This document shows, in pieces, positions 52,714 through 64,000 of a DNA stretch of 64,000 nucleotides. The stretch is from Eledone cirrhosa. Lineage: Eukaryota. Position 1 is the first letter of the stretch. Each line of letters opens with the position of its first letter. Under the pieces are notes generated by a model. The model did no database searches and had not been told where the DNA came from. It was given only the letters and a program-made list of their open reading frames with translations. The DNA lies in contig OZ024745.1 in the NCBI GenBank assembly GCA_964016885.1, positions 121,520,001-121,584,000 of the forward strand, written 5' to 3'. The translations under genes and the position numbers were made by a program.

Positions 52714-55236
52714 CCCCTTTGTTACCATATTTCTAACCAAAATACACCCCTTATGTGTTTCAATTAATTTCTAACATAATCATAAATTTAGTCTGGTTTC
52801 ATTAAACAACTCTAACTTTTTTATTTATCAACATATTAATGTGATTTTTGGAAGAAAATTTAACGAAAGGTTCTCAACCAATTCTATTCCATAATTTTTG
52901 TCTCAAAGTGACTCTAATTACAGGTAAATACAACAAAATATGAAATTATTTAAATTTTGTTCAAACATCGCTATAGAAAATGGGTTATTAGCTAATATTC
53001 AATTGGGCATACAAGAAAATTTTACTATAGAAGAGTTGTGCACATTACTGGATTTATCAGGTGAATTTAAACACACAAAAGACAGGTGTACCATAAAGGT
53101 ATAAATAAAACGAAAGACTGGAATTTGTCTGAAGAAAACTAGAAAACAAAATACACACGCACCATCAACTAGATTAAATAAGCTTTCCCACATACATAGA
53201 TATGCAGAAATATACAATAATGATTTACAAAAGAAATTAATCAAAACTCGTCATTCACCTTACAGGTAAATTAAAATAACACAAAAGAAAAATAAAAACA
53301 ATGTAAATTTGAAAATATTAATAAAATAAAATCACACATACAAATCAAACAATATTCCTATCATGAAAACTTGTAAAGCACCCTGCACTACATAATGCAA
53401 CCTTGCAGAATGCACATTGGAAAGTTGTTTCAACAGACCTTCCACTAGGAGCTTTCCTTTTTTGATGAAGGCATTCATGACACTGCCTTTTGCGACCCTC
53501 GATTTTTTTTCTAATTTATGGAGATCGGCTGAATTCAGAGGGATATCTCTCTGGCAGGTTCTCCCTATAGTTATTTTTTTTTCTTTTGAGGAATAACCAG
53601 CTCTTAATTGTGTTGCTACATCTGCTCAGAACTGCAGATGGTCGCATCGCTTTCGAGCCGGTCCCGATTTGGTATATAGTATAAACGCATTAGTAATACT
53701 CATATTTACTATATACCAAACCAGGTATCGCCACCATTTATTCCCCAATCTGCCAACTGAATAATAAGACATCATCTGATTCATCCGATCTACACCACCC
53801 ATGTACCTGTTGTAATCGAGATTCACAAATGGGGTGCCATTTTCATCCACATGTGGCCATGCACAGGTAGACAGAAAATTGATCTGCCTCTTATCTCTGT
53901 ATGCGGTCGCTAGCAAATTCCCTTTCTGCTGTTGAATTATTTCACCTTTTTTTTTAAATTTTGCTTTTTTTATATCCAACGGCAGTCCTTTTCTATTAGC
54001 GATCACTGTAGCACATGTATGTGTTGCCACAGTATCTAAATTCTCCGCAAGTTTGACCGGTCAAAAAATAATATACGGCCCTGGTTATGGTATGGAAGTG
54101 ATAAATTCCAGACCACATCATACCCTAGGCCATGCTGACTTACATAATTGTCTCTTTTGCCAGTATAAAATTCAAATCCAGAGCAGTACCCAGTATTCGA
54201 TTCGCAAATCTTCCAAACTTTCATCCCCCATTTTGTGGGCTTTCGAAAACGCACTCGGCCTTTATAGCCCACCATACCCTCATCGATAGATAAATATCTC
54301 CCTGGTTTGTAAACTGTTTTATATGTGTTTTGAACACAATCAATGAGGGGTCTTATTTTAAATAAGGGATCATAGTTTGGGTCTCCACGTACTGGTGTAC
54401 TGCTCGTGTCTCTTACATGTAAATACTGCGTCAATTTAAAAAACCGTGCCCTCGTCATTATACTTGAGACATTCGTCTCCAAAGGGTTCATCGGTACTCC
54501 AGCAATTTGTAATTCTGGGTAGCTTTCTAATGTCCATAATAATATTTATGGCAAAATAAGCCCTAATTTCATTTAAGCTTGTGGGAAACCACAAACTATC
54601 CTTTTTTTTTCGCTTTGTTTACTTTCAGCGTAACGGTTTGTTTCCGCCGTAATAATTTCAAACAAGCTCATAGGAAAAAGTAAAAGGAAATAGTCTAAAG
54701 CTTTGCTCTCCTGGGATAGACTGTGACTTGGTCCAGTTTCTTCATAAAAATCACTGAAAGAAACAGTTTTTAAATTTTTATTCCATTCATTTTCTTTATC
54801 GCTGTCATCGGAGCTCTCGGATTCACTGTTTTCACTTTCGGAAAATGAAACATTGGATTCATTATCAAATACCACGTGCTTTTTTTTTTCAGTTATAGAG
54901 TTAGATTTTTCAAGGTCTTCAGTAGAAAATCCTTCGAATTCTGACTCGCTGCTTGACTGAATGAAATTGGTATCCATTTTTTGTCAGAATTAAAAATTTT
55001 CAAAATACAACTGGAACAAATTTGGAAAAAAATCTCCCCAAATTCACAGAATTAAAATAACACGGCGATATTTGTCCGAAACTGTAGCTTAATTGTTTAC
55101 GTAGTATAATCACGTGTTTTCACGAATGTACTAACGAGATTTGCTCTGATATTCTCATTTAAATATGAATGTGTGAGAACGGGCGGCTTGGTCACATGAA
55201 CCAAAATTTTTTTTGGGAGGTTTGGTAACGAAAGGG
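52714..55236 (-). mobile_element. piggyBac (PGBD4-like) transposon, full-length but pseudogenised
   Basis: TTAA at 52710-13 and 55237-40; TIRs ccctttgttacca / tggtaacgaaaggg; SIDEGMV, KPTKWGMK, DYNRYMGGVD and a Cys-rich C-terminus, with frameshifts and stops. Confidence 0.92.
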
Positions 55237-55326
55237 TTAATCTATAGTCTAATATTTTCCCCAACTAACACACTAATTGCCTCTATATTTTTCTTTTTTT
55301 TTTTTCTATTTTCTTTTTTCTCTGAG

Positions 55327-55415
55327 GCATTAGAGCTTTTCAAAAAAAGAAAAAGCGGCCGATTGCTGAAATCATAGCTGAAAAAGAAGCTCAACAAGAA
55401 AAATTGAAAGATGAA
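55327..55415 (+). CDS. EIF3J: eIF3J exon 4 (alternative donor at 55433)
   Basis: IRAFQKKKKRPIAEIIAEKEAQQEKLKDE; acceptor is 55327 or 55336 by phase. Confidence 0.82.
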
Positions 55416-55570
55416 GTAAGTTTGAAAGATGAAGTAAGTATTTCCCTGTGGGAGTGTGCTTTCAAAGAATATATATCCACATTAATGTTGTGCTTTTGTT
55501 TTTGTTTTTTTCTTATACTTGTACTTTATTTTTAATTTGCTGGGTTCAGTTTCCTCAATTTTGGTTTTAA

Positions 55571-57445
55571 CCCTTTAGCATTTACATTACTCTGTCAAAT
55601 GTCAAGTTTATCTATTTACATTATTTTGAGTTAATCATACTCAAGAGAGTTATCAATTATATTTGCTTGTAGTTTTATTAATTTTCTATGTAGAGACTTG
55701 AAATTTTGTCAGTACAGTAGTACCTTGCAGTATGGGTGTCCCATTGTACAAGCGGAGGCTAGTGCGAATTTTTGTCTTGTAGTACGTGTGGAAATCTGCA
55801 GTATGAGTGAGTTTCATACAAGCGACCGCTACTCGGCGCTGAGCTCTCATATGCTCTCCCAACAAGTGCAATTCACGATTATCTCGTGGCAGCATCCTTA
55901 TTGCGTTTTCCCAGTGTAATTCTTTTCTTTTTAGTTTTGTGCGTTTTTTTGCTATAATTTTATAACAATTAGGGGAAGAAAACCCATAAAAACAATTTTT
56001 GGGAGGCTGGAATGGATTATTTATATTTTAATTAATTTTCAATGGGGAATTGATTTGTAAAACGAGTTCGGTCGTGGAACTAATTAAACTCGTACTATGA
56101 GGTATCACTGTAGATGTTAAAATATCAATAATTTACAATTTGTTTTGTTGTTAAATTTGACATATATGGGCAGGTGAAATAAATTAACAGGTGTAAAAGT
56201 AATGACTTTATGGATAAACACAAAGGTTTAAACATGTGCCTTACCTGTTAGGTTTGTGGCAAATATTATCCAACAATGGCCTAGATATTGACTTCCAACA
56301 ATTTTAACACTTTTCTGAACAGGTGAATTAATTTAAAATACAGGTATAATCAGTACAAGTCTTTCTCTATATTTCATGTAAATATTTTCATTGAAAAAAA
56401 GTATAAAACCCTTTTACCAGTCAAAATAATATTGGCAATGTACTCTTGTACTGGGTAGATTTACATAACAGAATGTGCCCAATATATAATTTCATTAACA
56501 GGTGTGATATGGGTGAATGCAAGTGTTTTCGCATATGTGTTCCTATATATATATATATATTTTTTTATCTGACAATATTTCTATTGTGGAATTGGCCAAA
56601 ACACCCTTTACATAATGGCATTTTGCAAAAGGAACACAAAAGAGGTTTCAATTTGGTAACCTGTAGCAGTTTTTCTCTTTTGCAAAGAGTACATTTGGCA
56701 AACCTTCCTCCCATTAATTTTCTCTATTTTATGCAAATCAATATTTTCTTTGTTCACCTCAGATAATTTTGACTTTCTCTCAGCTCTGTGTTTGCGAGAA
56801 GTATATCCTCCATGTAGCTAAGATGTGACATCCACACGAAATTTCATGTGACAGTAGTCCAGTCTTGGAAATTTCTTTATACTGAACATTATATTTATAA
56901 TAAAAAAGCTTTTTTTCCGCAGCATCTGTCTGTCGCCATAATAGATCAGGTTTTCCTTGATTTGAAATTCGCATATTGGTTAGTCTCTTCTGCCACAACT
57001 TCAAAGAAAGTCTGTGACAAAAACAAAAAAAAAATAGATAATGTGTGTTGTGGACCAGTATTTTGAATAAAATAAGGAACATGTATTGATGTGGGGTTTT
57101 TCGACCTCATTTTTTCAATGGCGTCTTCACTTTCACTATCAAAACAGCAATCATCATCAGATGAAAATTCACATATATATATGTGTGTCTGATTCATTTG
57201 AAGATGAATAAAACCTTCAAAGTTGGTATCGCTATTTTCACAAGCTATGTTGATACACGCAAAATACTTTGTTTCAAGTTTCACTATATTAAGTGTTATT
57301 TTTCATGGTAAAGACTTTATCTCGCAGTAATCACTGACGAGATTTTGATGACGTTTATTTTTAAAACAATATCTTCCTGCGGGTGTCTGGCCAAATAAAG
57401 GGGAAATAATTTCGGACGGATTTGGCCAGTTTGAACGCTAACGAC
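55571..57445 (-). mobile_element. Second, internally deleted piggyBac-like element
   Basis: TTAA plus ccctttagcatttacattactc left end; remnants NFEGF, TGPQHTL, FFEVVAEETNQYA and a Cys-rich tail; right end similar to the 200-bp MITE. Confidence 0.7.
55715..56110. mobile_element. Tigger/pogo-like MITE nested in the second piggyBac
   Basis: TA-cagtagtaccttgcagtatg...cgtactatgaggtatcactg-TA inverted ends. Confidence 0.65.
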
Positions 57446-58269
57446 TGCATTTGTTTCTAGTGTAATCTTCCAAATAAAAAAAATGATTGTAACCAAACAG
57501 AAGCATGTCAGGCAAACTAAACATTTTATTTTAACTTTATTTTACATCCTTTTTGACATATAGCATTGCTGTTGTAAGATTCCTCTTAGACAGAATAACA
57601 GGTGTAGTTATTTTTTGATGAGGCAACAGTAATCTTCAAAATGTATAAAAGTAATTTCTGACATTTCTCTGTGTACAGAGAACAGCAGAAAGTGTTTACA
57701 CTTCATTCTTTTCATGTCAAAGGATTCTAATTCCAAAACTAGAGGGGGGGGGGGGGTCCAACTTTTATTCGGTGTCAGTATTTTGACAATTTTCACCAAC
57801 TTCAATTCTACTTAAATAAGGAGCTAAATTATTTGAAGTGATTATTTCAAAATGAGAACATTCGCAACAAATTATTATTTGAATTTTTTAATACATAAAC
57901 ATCCTCTAGGCATAACGCACACATAAATTCATACACATTTGCCGACTGTTTTTCTCTGTGTCTTAATTATACTTTTATTTCGCACATTATCTGTCGCCCT
58001 CTATTTGACCTGCTACCTCTTGCTCTCTCATCCTCTCCATTCTACTCTGAATCCTTATATAGTGTTCTTTTAGTTGATCTCTTTCAACTCTTCCATATTC
58101 ATTTTGATATCTTAACGTTTTGATGATGTCCATAACAGAAACTCTTTTTGTTTTTATTTTTATAATACCTTAAACAAAAAAATATATATTCCGTTTTGTA
58201 TTGGATTTGTGAAACAAACTATGCTCTAAATGACACTTAAAACATTTTAAATATCAAAGTATTCTCTGG

Positions 58270-59020
58270 TGGATTAGTGTGTGCCGGGCCTGGGTCTCTA
58301 GAAAGGCACTTAAGCAATGGCTATCAGGAGCGATTATCCCTATTTTTAAAAAGGGACACAAGAGAGACTGTTCTAATTACAGAGGGATCTCCTTGTTAAG
58401 TCTCCCCAGAAGAGATGTAGGGAGATTGTCAAGTTCAAGCTAACTGATGGATAGTGCGGTTTACACCCGAGATGCGGCACTACTGAACCAATATTCACAC
58501 TGTGGCAGGTCTTCAGGAAATCATGGGAGTATTGCCAAGAGGCATATGACTGCGTTCCTCGGGACCTGCTATAGAGGGTTGTGCAGAAGTATGGGATCGA
58601 TAGTCAGCTTCTTGCTGGTTATTTTCGTGAATAGGATTGCCAACCTTTACCTATCTATGGTCATGAATCTTGGTTAAAGACCGAAAAAATACAATCCCAT
58701 ATACAAGTGGCTGAAATGAGGTTCCTCCAAAAGGTCGGTATCAGAGTCACTCCAGGTAGAGCCACCACTGCTCCGATACTATGGGCATGTTAGAATATCT
58801 TAGGAAAGAATCACTGGACAGATTTTACGGGCAAAACCAACCGGCATGGGACCCAGGAGTAAACTCTGAGCAAAATGGCTGCATAACATCCATGAGCTTG
58901 GTTGGTCTTGCTTGGGGATCCAGCTGGATCGGTTGGAGGCAGTTGCTTCTGACAGGACCCACTGGAGGGAGTGTTTGAGGACTCTCCCTCCCCCACGACT
59001 CTCAGGAATAAGTGGGCAAA
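58270..59020 (+). mobile_element. Internally deleted RTE LINE
   Basis: IIPIFKKGTQRDCSNYRGISLLSLP, followed by the family 3' end. Confidence 0.8.
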
Positions 59021-59836
59021 GAAAAAAATTTTGTAAATATTTTCTCCACTCGTGAGAATTTCAAAACCATGCCATAATGTGTTGATCAACTCCCTCTGCT
59101 TATAAAAGACGTTTGGCTTTTTGTCCATTTCTCAGTCATAAAATAAGGGAATGTGTGGGTGGGTTGACTTATAGTCAAGCATATATATACAGTAATTTAA
59201 ATTTCAATGGGAAATAACTCTATCTCCTTTAAATGTCTGGTAAGTTGGCCATTTGGTAAGATCTATATATCTATTCATAGGTTTACCTCCAATAATTGCT
59301 GTCATTCTGTTTTGAATAATTTTGTATAGGCTTTCTTTGCTATATTGTTTGGCTAAAGGTGTATTTCTACTAGTGGGAACACTACAGAAAAGTATATATA
59401 TATATTTGTCTCGTCTCTAATTTTTGTGTGGTTTCTTGAAACTGTATGGCTCGATATATCTCTTATTAATTTCATTTTCACTTGACAAATTAGAATTGTT
59501 TACGTAAATGTTATATATAAACATCATCATTTTCTCTTGCTATTTTCAATATCCTGGGAAAGAAATAGGTTTGTCGTTGGAACTTGTAGTGTGAGTAATT
59601 AGGCTGAAAAAAATTAACAGGTGAGAGGGATAATTTAAATTAGCTTTTAAAACTAGAATTAAACTCCAAAGATTACTAAAAATTGTTAACTGCTTTTAAT
59701 ATAGTTTTACAAGGAGGGGTTCAGTCATGCGATATCTCGTGATTATGAAAAAGCTGCTCATAAGGATATTTTAGCTATCACAAGATGCCTCAAAGCATTG
59801 AAGTTAAAATTTTTTTTTTTTTAATTATTATTAAAG

Positions 59837-59945
59837 GAAACAAGAGTTAAGAGCGTTGAATCGCCAGAGGATCAGAATGCTGAAAAGCTTCGACGGAGGC
59901 AGCTTCAAGAAGAATCTGACCTTAAGTTAGCAAAAGAAGCTTTTG
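59837..59945 (+). CDS. EIF3J: eIF3J exon 5 (gene continues past the window)
   Basis: SPEDQNAEKLRRRQLQEESDLKLAKEAF(G); matches eIF3J KLRLKKLQEESDLELAKETFG. Confidence 0.93.
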
Positions 59946-61651
59946 GTATGTATTCACAATGAATAGATATTGTCTTTTTCTTTATTTTGTTTAGTGATAT
60001 GTTTGAAGAGATATTTCAAGTTTGTCTCTTAGATTTTTAAGACCTCTAACAATATTTTAATAGTGCTTACTTAACCTTCTGGGCTCTCTAGGCGCATTAT
60101 GTCCCCAATAGTGTAATCTCCCCATATCCCGTAATGCAGTGTCAAGGGAAACAATTCATAAAAAAATTCAGCATGTTAAAGATTAACTTACTATCATCAT
60201 TCCTTGATGTTTAGTATTTGACCCTTTTGTTACCAAACCTGAATTCACGCCTTGTATAAAACTTTAAAAGTGTTTCTATTTATCTAAGAACCTTCCATCA
60301 TAATTTTAAACATTAGATAAGTTATATAACTAAATCCCATCAAATTCTTGATTATTTTTTAAATCGTACATAGTATATTTCATTAAGAATATAGTAACAA
60401 AAGGGTTAAAGTAGTATTAGGAAATATATTACTCTACTACCCTGTCAAAAATAATGAGGTTTATTTGAGTGAACGATAAATTATACAAAAAAAACTTCTT
60501 TTTTTTTTCATAAACTATGGATATTGAAACTTTTCTGTCACAATCACAGTATTTAAATATTAGGAACTCTACAATGTCGCTCCTCTGTAGAAAAGACTTC
60601 CTTAACCCATTAGCATTTAAACTGGCTGGGTATTCTCAAAATTTCATAGATTCTATATTATGTGAAGTAAAACTTTACTGTGAAAATACAATAGTAAATA
60701 TAGAGTAATGTAAGTGCTAAAGGGTTAATCTCTCTTTCTTACCATATCTTCCTCAGTTGTTTGTTACCCAATTCTTTTTTACTCTTTGATGATGATATGT
60801 GTCCAAATTTTTGTAATGGTTGATACTGGTATCTGTTAACTGTATAACATCATAATCTATTATCATTAACAAGGGGAATTCTTAGTATATGATTTCATTA
60901 CTTAGCATTTATATTCAATATTACAAGTACTGAATGAATGCTTTACTGTATTTTTCTGGAACTCTGTGATCTGAGTTCAAATACTAGGGTCAATATAATA
61001 GACCTTGCACTCCTTTCAAAATTGCTGGTTGTGTGCTTAAATTAGAAGTGTTGGGGGGTTAGGAGAGTCAGTAGAGCATGAAGTAAGTGTTTAGTATCTC
61101 CCCATCAAGGTCAACTTTGCTTTTCATCTTTCTGGAGGTCAATAAAATGTACCAGTCAACTACTAGGATCAATATAATCTACCTCCTCTTCCCACAAATT
61201 GTTGGCCTTCTGCCAATGTTATATAGGTTGAGTAAAAACAAATAAGGCACTGAACTAATTTGAACATTATTATTGATTTCTGGATGTTACTTGATTTAAG
61301 TGAGTTGTTTTTCTTGTGTTTGTTGCTTTTAACTAAATAATTTCATATTTTCATTTCTCCATATCAGAGAGTCTGGTAAATTTCATATTTTCATTTCTCC
61401 ATATCAGATAGTCTAGAAAATTTCACATTTTCATCTCTCCATATTATTAGAGGGTTTGGTAAATTTCTTTTGATTTATAGTGTCTTTGTTTTTATTAGTG
61501 TTATTAAGTGAATATTTTGTATTGGTAGGCAACAAGATTTATTTCTCATGAGATATCTAAAATGTATCTAAAATATAAGCATACTATACGAAAAGAATAT
61601 TCTCTTTACTACAGAAGGCTGACATTTGTACTGTGATAATTGTGAAAAAAA

Positions 61652-61784
61652 CCCCTGGCATTGACAGCATACCTATATCTTCTTATTTGTCATGCCGTAT
61701 TGTTCAGGGATAGTAAATGCACATGATAGTAATCTACTAGCCATATTCTACTTGTTACTGGTATCTACTAACTGTGCTACACAC
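61652..61784 (+). ncRNA. Candidate box H/ACA snoRNA, copy 1
   Basis: ccctg...caggg hairpin, H box ATAGTA (61710-15), gcaca...tgtgc hairpin, ACA at 61779-81; about 133 nt; intronic in sense orientation. Confidence 0.7.
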
Positions 61785-61836
61785 TTGTTTCATTACCAAA
61801 AGGGAATTTTAACACCAATATTTAAAGCTTAACATA

Positions 61837-62160
61837 CTGTATATGCCGGTGTACAAGTCGACATTTGGAGCCTAAAAATATCTCTCCAAAACTAGGGGTC
61901 GACTTGTCTGTCAAATATAAAATGTGAACCTTTATCTGTATGCTCATTGTATGCCACTTACCATAACTGTAGTAGATCACCACAATTATTTCCTAGCGAA
62001 TCTCATATTTGTTGAGTCTATTTAACGTAATATTTAAGAATGGCTAGGGCTGAGGGGATGGTATATCCTATTTTTTTTTTTTTGGTGGGGGTCTTTTCCA
62101 GCAAATATAGGCCTAACCCTGAATTACACCTCAGATCAACTTGTACGCCAGCATATACGG
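61837..62160. mobile_element. Tc1/mariner-superfamily (Tc2-like) MITE
   Basis: TIRs ctgtatatgccggtgtacaagtcga / tcaacttgtacgccagcatatacgg at a TA site; absent from the duplicate at 63690. Confidence 0.75.
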
Positions 62161-62693
62161 TGTATACATTCATTATATGAACGCATGAGTCTTTAATTCC
62201 TGATGTCATGGGAACATTAAACGTGCAGAGCCCATCCCTCTCCAGATTAAAAAGAAAGATATAGGGAGAGTGAGAAAGAAAGATGGTTGAAGAACTGGTA
62301 CTTAGGCTGAGTAAAAACAAATTAGGCATTATTAGATTTATTGATGTAACTTTAGCTAGTTTTTATTTAATTTACTATTTATGGTTTTTTAATTTATTCC
62401 TTATTCTCATTTCTTTTCCATACTGTCAAAGAGTAGTTTCCTCATGAGTCTTTCAAATATTGATGTATCTAAAATATATTCTACCGGAGAGGTTTGTCTA
62501 AGACAAAAGAAGGTTAAAACATTAATCCTGTTGTAGTTGTGAAAGGAATAATGCAAACTCTCATAATTTTATCTTAAGGATATTAATATTTAAATTAAGT
62601 TTGGAAGTAAAATATAAACTGTTATTTCATTTTCATTGCTTTTCATGAGAAAATGTACTTTGTCTTGTTAACATATTTTAGAATATGAAGGAC

Positions 62694-62821
62694 ACCCTAA
62701 CTTTGACAGCATTGCTATATCTTTTGTATTTATGCCGTATAGTTCAGGGATAGTAAATGCACATGATAGTAATCTACTAGCCATATAATTGTTCCTGGTA
62801 TCTACTAACTGTGCTACAAAA
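62694..62821 (+). ncRNA. Candidate box H/ACA snoRNA, copy 2
   Basis: Same H box (62750-55), ACA (62816-18) and stems; flanks diverged. Confidence 0.7.
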
Positions 62822-63279
62822 CATATTTTATTACCATGCACTGTAGGTTTTATAGAAGCTTTATTCTGTGTAAGCCTTCAAATTAGCAGTCATTTAGAGA
62901 TTGGATTAAAGACTGGGGTTCGTTCATTCTCAGGAAAAAATCTGCTAAGTTCAAATTTGAAGAGGAATGGTCTCGGCCATGTTTATAATGTCCAAGATGG
63001 CGTCCTTTTCGACTCTATCAGGAGTTACAGGCCATTTCTTTTCTTAAGAGGGTGACAAACTTCAAAATTCAGTTTGTTATATAAGAGAGATTAAAACCAG
63101 ATTAGACAATTGCTTTATTGAAGATTGTTATATGATTCATATATCTTATTGTGTTAGCTGACTTTCAGTCTGTAAAATATTTTCTGTTTGGGCATTTGAC
63201 TCTTGTTTTTCTGATAGAATTTTGTTGCTTTTAACTAGGTTTTTAATATTTTCATTTCTTCTCCGTGTTATCAGAGGGT

Positions 63280-64000
63280 CTGGTAAATTTCACATTTTCA
63301 TCTATTCATATTATCAGAGGGTCTGGTAAATTTCTTTTGATTTATCGTATCTTTGTTTTTATTAGTGTTATTAAGTGAATATTTTGTATTGATAGGCAAC
63401 AAGATTTATTTCTCATTAGATATCTAAAATATAAGCATACTATACAAAAAAGAATATTCTCTTTACTACAGAAGGCTGATCATTTGTACTGTGATAATTG
63501 TGAAAAAAAACCTGGCATTGACAGCATACCTATATCTTCTTATTTGTCATGCCGTATTGTTCAGGGATAGTAAATGCACATGATAGTAATCTACTAGCCA
63601 TATTCTAGTTGTTACTGGTATCTACTAACTGTGCTACACACTTGTTTCATTACCAAAAGGGAATTTTAACACCAATATTTAAAGCTTAACATATATACAT
63701 TCATTATACGAATGTATGAGTCTTCAATTTCTGATGGAGTCATGGGACCATTTAAATTTGGCAGATCCATCCCTCTCCAGATTGAAAAGAAAAATATACG
63801 GGAAGTGAGAAACAGATGGTTGAAGAATTAACCCCAGTATTAGATTTATTGATGTAACTTTAATTTACTATTTGTGGTTTTTGAATTTCTTTCTTCTAAC
63901 TGAATATTCCTTATTCTCATTTCTTTTCCATACTGTCAAAGAGTAGTTTCCTCTTGAGAGTCTTTCAAATATTGATGTATCTAAAATATATTCTACCGGA
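63280..64000 (+). repeat. Local duplication of about 61410-62490 (lacking the MITE)
   Basis: Long near-identical blocks visible. Confidence 0.9.
63511..63641 (+). ncRNA. Candidate box H/ACA snoRNA, copy 3
   Basis: H box 63567-72, ACA 63636-38; near-identical to copy 1. Confidence 0.65.

Noticed and set aside
53345-54977. Domesticated PGBD gene
   Set aside because: Multiple frameshifts and stops, with TIRs and TTAA retained, indicate a dead transposon
58120-58150. Hammerhead-like tgatga...gaaa
   Set aside because: Core C is missing and there is no stem I or III pairing
59718-59802. About 85-nt branched hairpin before eIF3J exon 5 (SECIS or miRNA?)
   Set aside because: Lacks the SECIS quartet geometry and clean pre-miRNA pairing; intronic
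62111-62122. ctaaccct as a telomerase RNA template near the H/ACA motifs
   Set aside because: It lies inside a TIR MITE absent from the duplicate copy and is too short to be significant
62187-62310. Hairpin followed by an H-box-like agaaa run (also at 63720-63830)
   Set aside because: No convincing second hairpin or ACA box; its duplication is explained by the local segmental copy

Overview
AT-rich, intron-rich animal genomic DNA. The SINE/RTE/piggyBac repeat landscape and microsatellites suggest a mollusc, probably an octopod cephalopod (inference). Three protein genes were reconstructed by hand from GT-AG junctions with consistent phases. (1) The 3' part of an E4F1 zinc-finger gene (+, 12 exons in window, stop at 20656). 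(2) A complete MMS22L gene (-, only 3 coding exons, about 1243 aa, tail-to-tail with E4F1). (3) The first five exons of eIF3J (+, from 41147, running out of the window). Introns and intergenic DNA hold RTE/CR1/CRE-type LINE fragments, tRNA-derived SINEs, a mariner, two decayed piggyBacs with their TTAA MITE families, and four minisatellites. The most notable signals missed by the ORF track are three copies of a box H/ACA snoRNA-like RNA in eIF3J intron 5, two Penelope-type minimal hammerhead ribozymes, a duplicated in-frame splice donor in eIF3J, an E2F palindrome with a possible distal in-frame MMS22L exon, and a satellite born inside a SINE.
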